Shown here one piece after another: positions 25,058 through 38,689 of a stretch of DNA of 64,000 nucleotides. The translations under genes were made by a program, and so were the position numbers. The notes under the pieces were generated by a model. It was not told where the DNA came from. It worked only from the letters and a program-made list of their open reading frames with translations, and did no database searches. The DNA lies in NCBI GenBank assembly GCA_964016885.1, contig OZ024743.1:275404001-275468000 (forward strand), given 5' to 3'. The DNA comes from Eledone cirrhosa. Its lineage: Eukaryota. Positions within the stretch are counted from its first letter, which is position 1. Each line of letters opens with the position of its first letter.

Positions 25058-28000
25058 TTACTCCGAGTTGGTACCATCAATGTAAGCACAATGAAAGGAA
25101 GAGCAGGAGAAATCGTAGAAATGCTAGAGCGAAAGGAAATTGATGTATGCTGTGTGCAAGAGACTAGATGGAGAGGAGAGTCTGCTAGAGTCCTTGTAGG
25201 AAAAAGTCAGTGCTACAAATTTTTCTGGGTGGGAAATGACGATGGGATGGGTGGTGTAAGTATACTACCAGCTGACAAGTGGGTAGATAAAGTAATCTCA
25301 GTGTACAGAGTAAATGCAAGAATCATTAAACTCAGACTAGTCCTGAATAAAACAATTACCACAATAATATCAGCTTACGCACCCCAATCGGGGTTGCCAG
25401 ACGAACTTAAGGATAGATTTTACGAGTCCCTAATACACACTACTGCTCTAACAAACGACAACGACTTCCTAATCATCGCAGGAGATTTTAACGGACACGT
25501 AGGTAAACACTGACGGCTTCAATAGAGTCCACGGAGGCCATGGGGTTGGCACAAGAAATGAAGAAGGATTCAGACTTCTATAATTCTGCAACGCCAATGA
25601 CATGTCGATATGTAACACAAACTTCAAAAAACCCGACAACCACCTGATCACCTATAGATCAGGGGAGCATTCTAGTCAGATAGATTTTATCCTCATCAGA
25701 GGACGTGACAGATGGACGGTCGTAAACACAAAAGCCTTCCCTAGTGAGGAATGTACCTCCCAACATAGCTTAGTTGTCAGCGACCTCACGATCAGAACTA
25801 GACGAACCTGGAAACAGAGGCCAACCTGGAGAAGAAAGATCTGGAAGCTGAAAGACCCCTCAACCAGTAACAGATTTAAAGATATTTTACTTAACGCCTA
25901 CGACAGTAGAGAAGAACAGATAGACATTCAATGTAGAAGAGCACTGGGAGTTCCTAAAAATAACTTACTAGAGGCGACGGATGAGGTCTGTGGCTGGAGT
26001 AAGACCACACGCAGGAGGAGAGTGACTTGGTGGTGGAACAATAAGGTAGATGAGGCAATTAAGACCAAGAGACAGACATGGAAAGAATGGAAGAACGGGG
26101 GGAGCAGGGTACATTACATAGAGACCAAGAAGGAAGCTAGGCGACATGTATACTTAGCTAGGAGGGAAGCAGAAGATAGAAAATTCAAGCATGTTTTGCA
26201 ACGTGAGGCACCAGAAACAGATGTTCAAGATTGCGAGGCAGTGTGTCAGAGAGAATTGTGATGTCATTGGAGAGAAGTGTATCCGGAATGATAAAGGTGA
26301 TCTTGCCCTCACAAGTGCTGAGAAGAAAGATGCATGGAAGAGTCATTATGATAGATTACTAAATGAGGAGAATGCATGGGAAGAAGAGACCCTACCCCAA
26401 GTAGACCCTATAGAGGGGCCAGCAGTACAAGTCAGCAGCAGCGTAGTAAGTAAGGCAATCAAAGATATGAAGATGGGGAAGGCAACCAGTCCATCGGGTA
26501 TAGCTGCCGAGATGCTGAAGGCATCTGGGTCTGTAGGTCACACTATAACCACACGTATTGTTAACCAGGTAATACTAGAAGGTGTCATACCAAAAGATTG
26601 GTGCAGTAGCATCATTGTCAACTGCTACAAAGGTAAAGGTGATGCACTCGATAGAGGAAACTAGAGGTATAAAGCTGATGGACCAGGTCATGAAAGTAAC
26701 AGAAAGAGTTATAGCACAGTTGATTAGGAACCGGGTGAAACTAGATGAGATGCAATTTGGGTTTGTAACAGGAAGAGGCACCACTGATGCCCTCTTCCTT
26801 GTGAGGCAGTTACAGGAAAAGTACCTAGCTAAAAGTAAGCCACTCTACCTGGCATTCGTCAATCTCGAGAAAGCCTTTGACAGAGTTCCATGTGCTGTAA
26901 TCTGGTGGGCTCTTAGAAAACTAGGAGTATATGAATGACTTGTGAAAGCTGTACAAGCCATGTATAGGGGAGCAGTCAGCAAAGTTAGGATTAGCAATTA
27001 GTATAGCGAGGAATTTAGCGTACAGGTTGGTGCCCACCAGGGCTCTGTTCTTAGCCCTCTCCTGTTCACCATAGTCCTGCAGGCAATAACGGAGGAGTTT
27101 AAGACCGGGTGCCCATGGGAACTCCTGTATGCTGATGACCTCACACTTATAGCTGAATCTATGCTAGAACTAGAGAAGAAATTCCAAACTTGGAAGCAGG
27201 GACTAGAAAGAAAGGGTCTCAAAGTCAACATGACAAAGACTAAGGTCCTTGTAAGTAGACGAGAAAACAGAACCCAGATCCCCTCAGGGAAATGGCCTTG
27301 CTCAGTATGTCGGAAAGGTGTAGGTAGGAACTCCATTCTCTGCCCCAAATGCAAACAATGGGTACACAAGAGATGTAGCGGGATCTCAGGAAGTTTAATT
27401 AAGAATGTAGGCTTCACATGCAGCAGCTGTGCTGGGACAGCAAGCAGCAAACAGCCACAGGAAACAAGCACCACCAATCTCTGGGAGGGCTCTGTAGAGA
27501 CAGTAGACAGCTTCTGCTACCTAGGTGACCGAATTAGCAGCGGAGGTGGGTGTTCAGAAAGTACAATAACTAGGGTAAGAATGGGATGGAAGAAGTTCAG
27601 GGAACTACTGCCACTGCTAGCTGCAAAAGGGTTCTCCCTCAAAATGAAAGGCAGACTGTATAATGCCTGTATCCGAACAGCAATGTTGCATGGTAGTGAG
27701 ATCTGGGCGCTGAAGGTGGAAGACTTACGTAGATTAGAGAGAAACGAAGCCTGCATGCTACGATGGATGTGTAATAGTAATATACGCGAACGACAAAGCA
27801 TAAATGAATTGAGAGAGAGACTGAGCATAAGAGGAATCAAATGCTGTGTGCAGGAGATACGGTTGCATTGGTATGGACATGTGATGCGTATGAAGGATGA
27901 CAGCTGCATAAAAAGGTGCAGAGCACTAGAAGTCAATGGAAACCGCGAAGTGGGGAGACCCAAGATGACCTGGGATGAGGTAATAAAAGCCGACCTTACC

Positions 28001-28385
28001 CAATTACACCTCTCAAGGGCGATGACACACGGCCGTGACCTCTGGCGTCACGCAGTAATACAGAGTACCCGACCTCCCATGGATACAAGCTGAAGCATAT
28101 AGACAATATGCCCCCACACCCTCACTGCAAGGTGGTCGTGGAGGTACCACGGCAAAAAAGCACCCAGCCCACACTGTAAAGTGGACGTGTAGGCGCCACA
28201 AAAAGCACCCAGCATTCACTGTAAATGAGGTTGGTGTTAGGAAGGGCATCCAGCTGTAGAAATCAAGCCAAATCAGTTCCTGTATGAGCAAGGCATGGTC
28301 AGCCGACCAGACAGTGCCCACAACAGGACAACCCGTCTAACCCATGCTAGCGTGGCAGAACGGACGTAAAACGGTGATGATGATT
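25058..28385 (+). mobile_element. Near-complete but disabled RTE-clade LINE ORF (APE endonuclease, RT, PHD-type finger)
   Basis: GTINV, VQETRW, SAYAPQ, AGDFNGHVG, SQIDFIL (APE); MQFGF, LEKAFDRVP, HQGSVLSPLLF, LLYADDL (RT); several in-frame stops and frameshifts; (GAT)n tail. Confidence 0.95.
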
Positions 28386-31300
28386 ACATTATTCCTTGTG
28401 AAATATCCTGTATTTCAATTAATTAATGGAGGGATTTACTAAAATTATTAATTCCATTATTAGGATAGTAACTTAACATTTGGTTCTTATACAAAACTAT
28501 GTTGGAAGATTTTAATTTCAATAATTACCCTTTAAAATGGGTGGCTTTGTCTCCTTGGAACCAGGGCTGGTTTTGGCTAGGTTGGTATCAAAAGGGTAAA
28601 AGATCTTTATTCACTCTATTTCGAGGCTAATTATGTATTCCCCACCCTCCTCTCTCTCTCATTGTATGTCATTGATCTCTTAATGTTAATTATGTTCTGT
28701 CAAGTTTTAATTAATTAATGCGTTAGTTTTTTTTATATAGTTTGTAACTTTTGATTATATAAAATGTTAGAAAGAAATGTTGACCTTTTTATTTGAACAT
28801 TTATTTTAGATGTTTAGTTTCACTTTTTTTGTCATTTGTTTTTAAAGAAATCCTATGGAGCACACGAACTGTGAGGTTAAATTTCTAGGCTAGTCAAACT
28901 AAAGAGTAATGCTCAAAAGTTTCCAACCTTTTTTGCCCTCTTTACCCCATGTAAATTTACCATTCCCACCCTGTATTGTTTAGTAATTTGAGTTTGTATC
29001 TCTACCCTAATAGAGCAACCAACAACGGGGAAAATAAAAAAATACTGTTTTTAACTTTGTGTTTTTATGGATATATGAACCTAAAATAATAAATAAATGT
29101 TAGTTCACTCATGAATTGATACCAGTGTTAGTATTAAATACAGTCAGTCAATACCCCTATCATCATATTTATCATTTAACAACTATTTTCCCTGCTAGAA
29201 AAGGTTAGATGGGTTTTCACAGACCTAATTAGTACTCTAGCAAGGCTAGTGACCTCCTAGACAGAGTGGGTGTAGGGGGTCTGCATTTTGCTTACATATG
29301 GTTCCGTATTTTATCATGACACCAGCGCTAAAGAGGTTGTTATGTCTTTGACAGAACTGAAGGGTTTGTTTGGCAAGCCTTCTATGGCTGTTTACCCTTC
29401 TCCTATCTAAGCAAAATTTACCCTATGCAGAAAACCTCTGCTCTAGCTACTGAATTGTGTCTTTGGGTAAGGGATATAACTGCTGTCCTCCATCTGACTA
29501 GCCATGGTGATTCACTTTTTCATTTTTGATTAAGTACTTGAAAGGGCATCTAGCTATGAAATTAATTGCTTCAACAATATGAAAGTGTCTAGGTTTGCTT
29601 AAATTGCATCCTACTCATGTTAGCATGAAAAATACTTATGAAAACAGAAGTCCAGTGACTATTCTACTATTATTGTTATAACAATTGAAAAGTTATGTAA
29701 TTGAAACCATTTAGCAGAAAATGTATCAGTGAATACGTTGCCATTTATAAATTTATTTTATACTCAAGCTACAAGTCAATGAGAAACCATCTATGTGATT
29801 TTTCAGCCTGGTAGACATATTATAAACTGATATATTCAGAATAGCGTTCTTATCTCAGCTGTGTCTGTTGCATTACCATGATATTCTCAGAATTTTGAAG
29901 TGAATTCTTTATTATCATTCCGTTGTCCATGCTCAGGATATCTTTGTATTATCATGAGCAACATAATAAGAACAATCTACTCCAACAGTTTGAATAAATG
30001 GTTTAGTTTGAAATTCCAAGAATTTTCCCGAATATGACAACTACTTAAAGAAGACAGAAGGTACAACAGTCAATATGTTGTGGTCACAACAATCAAGATA
30101 AGGACATTAGTTCGAATATATCAGTTTATCATTGTTTTCACCTCCACTTTTCTATGCTGGCATGGGTTGAATGGGATGTTTTGAGACAGTTTTCCAGACG
30201 GAGCCCTTCCTGGTGTCAATTCTTTTAGTTATGTCTTATGACATGCATGGATACAGTATTATTTTAAAAACCAGGATACATGCTGTAGTTTATAATATTG
30301 ATAATTCCCCATCTTCGAAATTCAGACAAAATCTGGTAGATAATGTATTCCACTACCTTAAACAAAAACAAACATTGTTTTGGCTGGAATGCCTTTAATT
30401 ATAGGTCTGCTTGATCAAGGCTGACCTAGGGTTAAACGGCAACACACATGAAATAGTTAAACCAAACATCAGATCGCTGTATTTTCTACTTAACTTATGA
30501 ATTTATTAAAGATGAGAATGGAAATTGTCACATTTATACTTTCTTCCAGAACACAGTAGCATAATTAGAAGTTGAAACTAATATTGGATCAGCTGCTATA
30601 GATTTACCCCTTACTAGAATATGCCACAAGAATACATTTTTTTCTTTTTTTTAATTGCTTTACACTATTGTAAAGCTATTGTTATTGCTATCATCACCAA
30701 TTTTACATGTTGGCATGGACCAGATGAGATTTTTATTAGGCAGAGTTCTATTGCCAGATGCCCTTCCTGACACCAACCCATACTTTATTTTTTCCAAAGA
30801 AAGGCCCAAGGTTGAAAGGATCCATCAGTTGTGTCAAGGATATGACACACTATTGCTAGTACCATGATAAAATGCATTCCCAGTACACTGTAAAGTGCAG
30901 GTTCATATGTAAGTGAGATGTGGTCAGCAGTTCTGACAATATACTGATTTGATCTGAGACAACCTGTCTTAGCTTTGCTAGCAGGGAAAATGGACATTAA
31001 ATCATTATAATATATATCACTGATCTTTGACTCTAAGTTGTGGGATATAAACAAACATCACCACTTGTTTGATCAGTTTAGAGTAGCAGATTTATGTCAA
31101 TGAAATAAAGGATAATAATCACTAGATAACCAACATTGTTTAGTGAAGTGTAATCGTTGTATCTGTGGCACTTTATATATACTGTTTGATATAATGATAT
31201 AGTGTTTGATTCACACTTTCTCAGGTTGCTTTCCCTTTTGTTTATCTTTACATCTTTACAAGTGAAATTAAGAAAAATTAAAAGAAATGAAAGGGGGTGA

Positions 31301-31751
31301 AATGACATTAGATGTAATGTCATGCAGCATCTCTTTCAGCCTGTTGCATTGTGAATTTGCCTATGATATCACTTTTGCCAAGCTGTATCAGCCTTTGCTT
31401 TTCTTTAGACAACATTGGCGGTGTTGAGAGGTGAGACTTGCTATATGTGTAATAACTGTTCTTCCACAAAACACCTTGCCTAGGACTTCACCTTGAAGAT
31501 GAATATCCATGTACAGATCCATTGTCTCAACAGACAAGAAGGCTCCAGTCATAAGAAATGATGTATCCATTGAAGTGTTTTGGTGAATGCAGTTTACAAC
31601 CCTCCCATTATTTCCATGACCTAATTCTTTATAAGCATTCAGATATTTGAAAGATTGCTCGTATTGAATGTAAAATTGTACATATGTTATATATAATCAT
31701 CTTTATTGCCTTTATTATATTATCAAATTAATTCATTTGGTATATTTTTAG

Positions 31752-31884
31752 CTATGCCATTCATTTGTGGGATTTGAACATGGATGGAATTTGGGAAAAA
31801 CGATCACTCTATGTGTACTATTCAGAGCTAATATTCCAGTTAGCAGCTCTTATTGTTGAATTTGCTCACCATTTTCATATGCTA
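31752..31884 (+). CDS. AMFR: AMFR exon D, YAIHLWDLNMDGIWEKRSLYVYYSELIF...HHFHML
   Basis: tttttag acceptor and gtaaga donor; 133 nt, phase 2/0; resembles YVIHLWDLNHEGTWEGKGTYVYYTD...HHIHML; absent from the ORF track. Confidence 0.93.
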
Positions 31885-33301
31885 GTAAGAAAGAATTTTT
31901 TTTCTCTCCTTCCACATTTTTCAGCTGTTGAATGTTAAAAGTTGATTGGAAATTATTTTTCTTTCTTTGTGGAAAAAAGTTTCTGAAAAATATATCAAGA
32001 AACATTCTTTCATTTTTCACCCCCCCCCCTCTCCCTCCATTGTTGTGCCAGATTAAATGCCTTAAAATTTTACCTCTCACATAATTTGAAATCTCACTGA
32101 AGGAATTTAACCATTAAGTACATGCTGAATAAGTGCCTAGATATTTAGTGCCTTTGACTAACCCAACATCATGTGCCTTTTGATTCTCCCAAATAAAATA
32201 ATTTCAACTTGTAGTTTGGCAAACTGATAAACCTAGTTTTTATTACTTCTTTCTCTAACCACGGGAAGAAAATTACTAAGCCTGCATTTTCTACTGTACA
32301 ATCCACACTCACCCATACCAAATCATGTTAGTTCATAACACTGTATGCCTCTCTCCATCACCTTGGATATTTCCACAAAGCTGCTACGAAGCAAAGATGT
32401 TTAGTGAATGATTTATTAATTGCAGGAAATTATTAGATATTTGATTTAATTATGCAGATTTATATAGAATTATGAATCTTTAAGGTTCAGTAATGCACCT
32501 CTCTGAGGTCTGTTCCATAGGTGGCTTCCTGGTTGACTTTAATGTTAGTGCCAGCCCTTAAGTAGATGATGGAAGCTTGTCATTCATATCAGTGTAGATT
32601 TGTAACTAGCAATATAAATTCTACTGATTTATAGACTAGAAGGTTAGACATATGTGTCCCTGTTTTAACAGCTGTATCCGGCCAGGATTCTGTCATTTTT
32701 TTTGTTCAAACTGGCCATAACCAGCTGCTTATACTTATGTTAAGGTATTGTTCTCAAAATAAATATTGAATTCTCATAGCTTTGATATTATGATAATTAT
32801 GTAAGGTAAAGCCTTTTCTGTGAAAATATAATAGTAAATATAGAATAATGTAAATGCTAAAGGGTTAAAATAGGTACATCACGTCCCCACTCATCATAAC
32901 TGATGATTTAAATGGTTGGCAACAAGTAGGACATCCAGCCATAAAGCAGAAAACTCTTCCAACTCGTGTCAGCATGAGAAAGCATCATATCTTCTGATTT
33001 GTTGAGAATTAAGAATTGCAATGTAATTAATGTAAAACAATTTTTCCATTGTTATGGTTTATAATATAGAATTCAATACATGCTAACATGTGCGAAAATT
33101 ACATGGTAGACTATTCTACCAATCACCTATATTTTGTTTTTATCATAATTATACACCTCTATAAATGAACTATTTTTACTAATTATTCTGTTATTGATTT
33201 CACTCGTACCTATCTATACATACACACACAAATGCACATGATTTTCATGTATATTTACCATAACTTTCGTTGTAAGTTAACATTTTTCTTATAATCCTTA
33301 G

Positions 33302-33435
33302 CTCCATGGTAAAATTTTCCTCAGTATGGCTAGTTTGGTGATTTTCATGCAATTACGCCACTTGTTCCATGAGTTCCAGAGAAGGATCAAGCGACACAAA
33401 AACTATATTAAAGTGGTCCGCAATATGGAAGCAAG
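33302..33435 (+). CDS. AMFR: AMFR exon E, LHGKIFLSMASLVIFMQLRHLFHEFQRRIKRHKNYIKVVRNMEAR
   Basis: ccttag acceptor and gtcagt donor; 134 nt, phase 0/2; near-identical to AMFR LSMASLVIFMQLRYLFHEVQRRIRRHKNY. Confidence 0.95.
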
Positions 33436-34253
33436 GTCAGTAGTTCTTTTGAATTGTAGATGTAGTTGTTATTGTCATTGTTGTTGGACCTTTGTCGATT
33501 CCAATGATGAGTGTTCCAGTTATACAATAAATAAAACATTTTGCTTGTGAAATTTATGTGCAAATAACTAAGCACTCCTCAGACACGTATACCCTTAATG
33601 TATTTCTCAGGGAGATTGAGTATGACACAGTATGTGACAAAGTGGACCATTTGAATTACAACTCTTTTTTTTTTTCAACTGTATGGGCCAGAGCAATGTG
33701 AAATAGTGTCTTACTCAAGGACACAATGCACTATTGGGAACCAAACTCATGACCTTATAATTGTGAGGCAACACCACAACCATTAAGCCACATACCTTCA
33801 CATTATAAATGTAGTAAATGAAGACTACATTCTAAAATCAATTATCATTTGGAGTCTGCTTTCCCTGCTGGCATGGATTGGATGAGTTATCACTGTCAGT
33901 CTGTTCTTATTTTTAGTTAATGTCCTCTCAATCAAGTCCAAAGCCCACAGCTTGCTCATAAATATTCTATTTTTAACGTGGTTTCTATAGCTGAAGATTT
34001 TCCTGACACTAACACATACTTTATACATATGGTATATAGTGTTCATCTTTGTCAAACTGTTATGCTGCGAGAAGTATTGGTTATACAGGACATAAACAAA
34101 TGACACTGATTGCATTAAATGTTGTTGATATAAGATGCATGTAATAAACTGACACTATGCCCTATGAAAATGCATCCAATACACCCTATAAGAGTGTTAG
34201 AGTTGCTACCATGATAAAATGCACCGTCCATTCTGTATAATGGTAGAGCTATT

Positions 34254-36797
34254 ATCATCATCATCATCATCATCGTTTAACGTCCATATTCCACGGTTGC
34301 ATGGGTTTGGACGGGAGTTTTCCCACTTGAGGCAAGAGTGGTTGTCTTGCTCGCATAGGACTGTCTGGCAGGTTTTCTACAGTTGGATGCCCTTCCTAAC
34401 ACCAACCAAATTTACAGTGTGGGTCTGGGAGGTTTTTACCGTGTTACCTACACGGCCACATTACAGCGTGGACTGTGTGTTTTTTTGTCATGACACCTAC
34501 ACGACCTCATTTGTTTCGGGCTGGATGTTGTGGTACCAACATAACTTTACATTGAAAGGGGTGGGGGTAGTGGGACGGGGGTGTATTTTGTTAGAGGTGC
34601 CTACTGACTGTAGTAGGTTTCACTTTGGACTTAGGTAAGGCGGGTCTTCTCTATTACTGTGTAGCGCCAAAGATCTCGGTCCAGTGACATTGTCTTGGAG
34701 AGGTGTGTGTGAGGTCGTCCCAGGTTTTTCTGAGTCTGCCTACTCCGTGGCTACCGTCTATTTTTATTGCCCTGCACTTTTTTATGCAGCTGTCGTCTTT
34801 CATGCGCATCATGTGACCATACCAACGTAGTCTTCTCTCGAGTAAACATCTGATCCCTCTTATTTCTAATTTTTTCCTTAGTTCGTTTATGCTTTGCCGT
34901 TCACGTATATTACTATTACACATCCAGCAGAGCATGCAAGCTTTGTTCCTCTCCAGTCTGCGTATATCCTCTGCACACAATGCCCAGGTCTCACTGCCAT
35001 GCAACATTGCTGTTCGTATGCAGGCATCATACAGCCTGCCTTTCATTTTTAGGGAGAACCCTTTAGCGGCTAATAGTGGTATAAGCTCTCTGAACTTTTT
35101 CCATCCAGTTCTGACTCTAGCTACTGTACTTTCAGAGCACCCTCCTCCACTGCTGATTTTGTCACCCAGGTAACGGAAGGTGTCCACTATTTCTATAGAA
35201 CCATCTGTGCAATGTATTCTCTGGGCACTTGCTGCTACTTATTGCACCAGAGCACCGGCCACATATAAAATCTATGTTCTTAGTTAGCTTACCTGTGATC
35301 CCACTACATCTTTTATTCACCCATACTTTGCATTTGGGACATAAAATGGAGTTTCTACCTACTCCTTTCCTACACACTGAGCATGGCTATATCCTGGATG
35401 GGACCGGCGCCCTATTTTCCTTCCTACAAACTAGAACTTTAGTCTTAGACAAGTTAACTTTAAGGCCTTTTGATTCTAGGCCATGCTTCCATGTTTGGAA
35501 TTTCTTCTCTAGTTCGGCCATTGATTCAGCTATGAGCGTTAGATCATCTGCGTATAGGAGTTCCCATGGGCAGCCGGTCTTGAACTCCACTGTTATAGCC
35601 TGAAGGGCAATAATAAATAGTAGGGGGCTAAGAACGGAGCCCTGATGAACACCAACTTTTACGCTAAACTCTTCACTATATTCGTTGTTAATTCTAACCT
35701 TGCTGACTATTTCTTTATACATGGCTTGTATAGTTCTCACAAGCCATTCATCAACACCTAGTTTTCTAAGAGCCCACCAGATAATGGAACGGAGGACTCT
35801 GTCGAAGGCTTTCTCCAAGTCAACAAAAGCTAAGTATAGGGGTTTACTTTTAGCTAGGTACTTCTCCTGTAGTTGTCGTACAATGAAAAGAGCGTCTGTG
35901 GTACTTTTACCTGACACAAACCCGAACTGCATTTCATCTAGATCAATTCTCTCTCTGATTAGTTGCGCTATTACTTTTTCTGTGACCTTCATGACCTGGT
36001 TGATTAATTTAATGCCTCTATAGTTACTCCTATCTAGGGCATCTCCTTTACCCTTGTAGCAGTTAATGATGATGCTGCTACGCTTGTCCTTCGGAACAAC
36101 CCCATTCTGTATGACTTGGTTTACTATCCGGGTGACCATGGTGTGTCCCACCGTTCCAGAAGCTTTCAGCATTTCAGCAACTATTTCCGAAGGCCCAGCC
36201 GCCTTACCCGTCTTCATGTCTTTGATTGCCTTACTTATTATACTACCTTCGACTAACACTGTTGGTCCCTCTATTGGGTTGATGTGGGGGAGACTGTCTT
36301 TCTCCCATTTATTCTCCTCATTTAGTAGCCTTTCGTAGTGACACTTCCAAGCTACCTTCTTATCAGCGTCAGTGATGGCAAGTACACCATCATCATTCAG
36401 GACACACTTCTCCCTGACAATATCACGGTTTTCCTTGACACATTGCCTAGCAATCCTGAACACCTCACGTTTTTGGTCCTCGTATTGTAGAACATACTTG
36501 AACTTTCTTTCCTCTGCTTCCCTTCTTGCGAAGTACACTTGTCTCCTAGCTTCCCTCCTGGCCACTTGATAGTCTTCTCTACTTCCCTCATCCCGCCATA
36601 CTTTCCAAGCCTGCTTTTTGGCCTTAATTGACTCCTCCACCTTACTGTTCCACCACCATGTTACTCTCCTCCTGCCTATAGGCCTGCTCCAGCCACAGAC
36701 TTCGTCTGCCACCATCAGCAGGTTTGCTTTCAGGAATTCCCACTGTTCCTCTATATTGTACGACTCTAAATGCTCTTCCTTACTGTCGAAAGCATCA
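34254..36797 (-). mobile_element. 5'-truncated RTE-clade LINE
   Basis: 442-aa ORF 35387-36715 with RT motifs, frameshifted C-terminal pieces, and tail at 34254. Confidence 0.95.
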
Positions 36798-37274
36798 AGC
36801 TAGTGTTACAAAAAACATACCCAGCCACTGTAAGGTGGTTGGTGTTAGGAAGTGCCTCTAGCCGTAGAAACCATGCCAAATATGGAACATAATGAGCAAC
36901 ATTGGCCTCAGACTGTGACAACCCATCCAATTCCTGCGAGCATGGAAAGGGGACGTAACATGATGATGATATACATAGATACTATGGACTTTTCCATCAA
37001 CCAAATTCACTCACAAGGTGTTGGTTGATTCATACTGTGGTAGAAGACACTCACTCAAAGTATCAGACAGTGGGGTAGATAGAATCTGAAGCCATGTAGT
37101 TGTGAATCAAAATTCTTAATCACACCACCATGCCTGTATCTATGTGTAAATATAATTGAATTTTTTAAAATTGAAGGTAGATTCAGTTATTTGAAATTAA
37201 GTTTTTAATTGAAAATAGGAAAATGTAGTTAGCTTTCTTTTTGAAGCATGTATTTCTGTTTTTTTTTTCTTTAG

Positions 37275-37385
37275 ATTTCCAATGGCTAGTGCCAGTGATC
37301 TGGAGAATTGCAATGACGACTGTGCTATCTGCTGGGAAAAAATGGAAAATGCTCGTAAATTACCATGTGGCCATCTTTTCCACCA
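37275..37385 (+). CDS. AMFR: AMFR exon F, first half of the RING-H2 finger (NDDCAICWEKMENARKLPCGHLFH)
   Basis: ctttag acceptor and gtaagt donor; 111 nt, phase 2/2; C-x2-C...C-x-H-x2-H ligands. Confidence 0.95.
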
Positions 37386-37410
37386 GTAAGTTTATTTTGC
37401 TTTATATATC

Positions 37411-38616
37411 AAGAAATGTTAAGACTTTTTTCTTTTCAGGCACTTTTAATGGTATGTAACATGCCAAACCTTTTTTTCTATGTTGAAGGTTCAGGCCACT
37501 ACAGCACTTTAAACACTGCCTATCATACATGTCTCGTCACAGCTGACTGATTCCACAATGCAGTCAGTACGTGAGGACAACTTATAGACTTGATATGCAG
37601 TAGAGTTTTGTGTGAAGCTCAGCAAAAACACTGCAGAAACCTGTGAAATGGTCACAACTGCTTACAGACTAACTTCATGAGCCAGGTGTCTGTTTTCTGC
37701 TAGTACAACAGGCGGCTCCAAGAGGGCAGGGAGCATGTTGGGACTAAAAGAGGTGTGGCAGCGAGAGGGACATCGGGCGCCAAAGTTGGTCGACAAAATT
37801 TGTAAATTTCTGAACGAGGACCGTCATACATCTCTTCTGACTATTGCTAAACTATTTGAAGTGGCTAAGGATACTGTGCACAGTCATTCATGACAATCTG
37901 AACATATGCAAATTTTGATTCCAAGGTGATCAATGAAAATCAAAGGCAAAGGCATGTTGATGACAGCAGAGCGATGATCGAGTGGATCGCTTCAAATCCA
38001 AATGCCTTTGAGTTTCTGGTAACCTGTGACAAGATCTGGGTCTACTGTTATGATCCAGAGACTAAGAGACGGTGCCCAGTGGAAACATTCTGACTCCCCA
38101 AGAAGGACAGGCAAAGCAGATCTACTGGTAAACTCATGATAATCCCATTAGGTTCCCTCGAGTCAGACAGTCAACAAAGAGTACTATGTAGAAATTTTGA
38201 GGCAGTTCAGAAAGAGATTTCACAAGAGTCCTGAACTCTTCATATCTGGTCAGTGGCACCTGCACCAGGACAATGCCCCCTGTCACAAATCCATCCTGGT
38301 GACCAACTATTTGACCGATATGGGGATTATGACTGTTTCTCATCCTCCCTACAGTTCAGACTTAGCCCTGTGACTTCTGAATGTTCCTGAAGCTGAAGGA
38401 GAAGCTCAGGGGTATCTGCTTTGAGGATGTGGAGGAGATGGAGGCTGTGACAAGCGCCCTAGACACCTTCACTTTGGAGGACTACAAAAGGTCTTCCAGA
38501 AGTGGCTGGAGCGCTACAAGTGCATTGAAGTTGGAGGATTTACTTTAAGGGAGACAAATTTTGTGTTGATCTTAGTTAAATAAATACTTCTGATAAAAGT
38601 TTCAAAACTATTTCTT
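37411..38616 (+). mobile_element. Fossil mariner (DD34D-type) DNA transposon, ~1.2 kb
   Basis: FCVKL..AET..M HTH start; VTCDKIWVYCYDPETK; LHQDNAPCH; HPPYSSDLA; degenerate terminal inverted repeats aagaaatgttaagactttt / aaaagtttcaaaactatttctt. Confidence 0.85.
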
Positions 38617-38689
38617 CTTAAATGAAGCTTATATTTTTTTTAACTTGCACATCTCAACCAATATATTATTTCAAGGGAGATAACTTCGT

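Noticed and set aside
30035-30120. Possible highly decayed hammerhead (ttaaaga-agac...gtc-aatat-gtt)
   Set aside because: Both core boxes carry multiple mismatches, so it cannot be supported without a family consensus.
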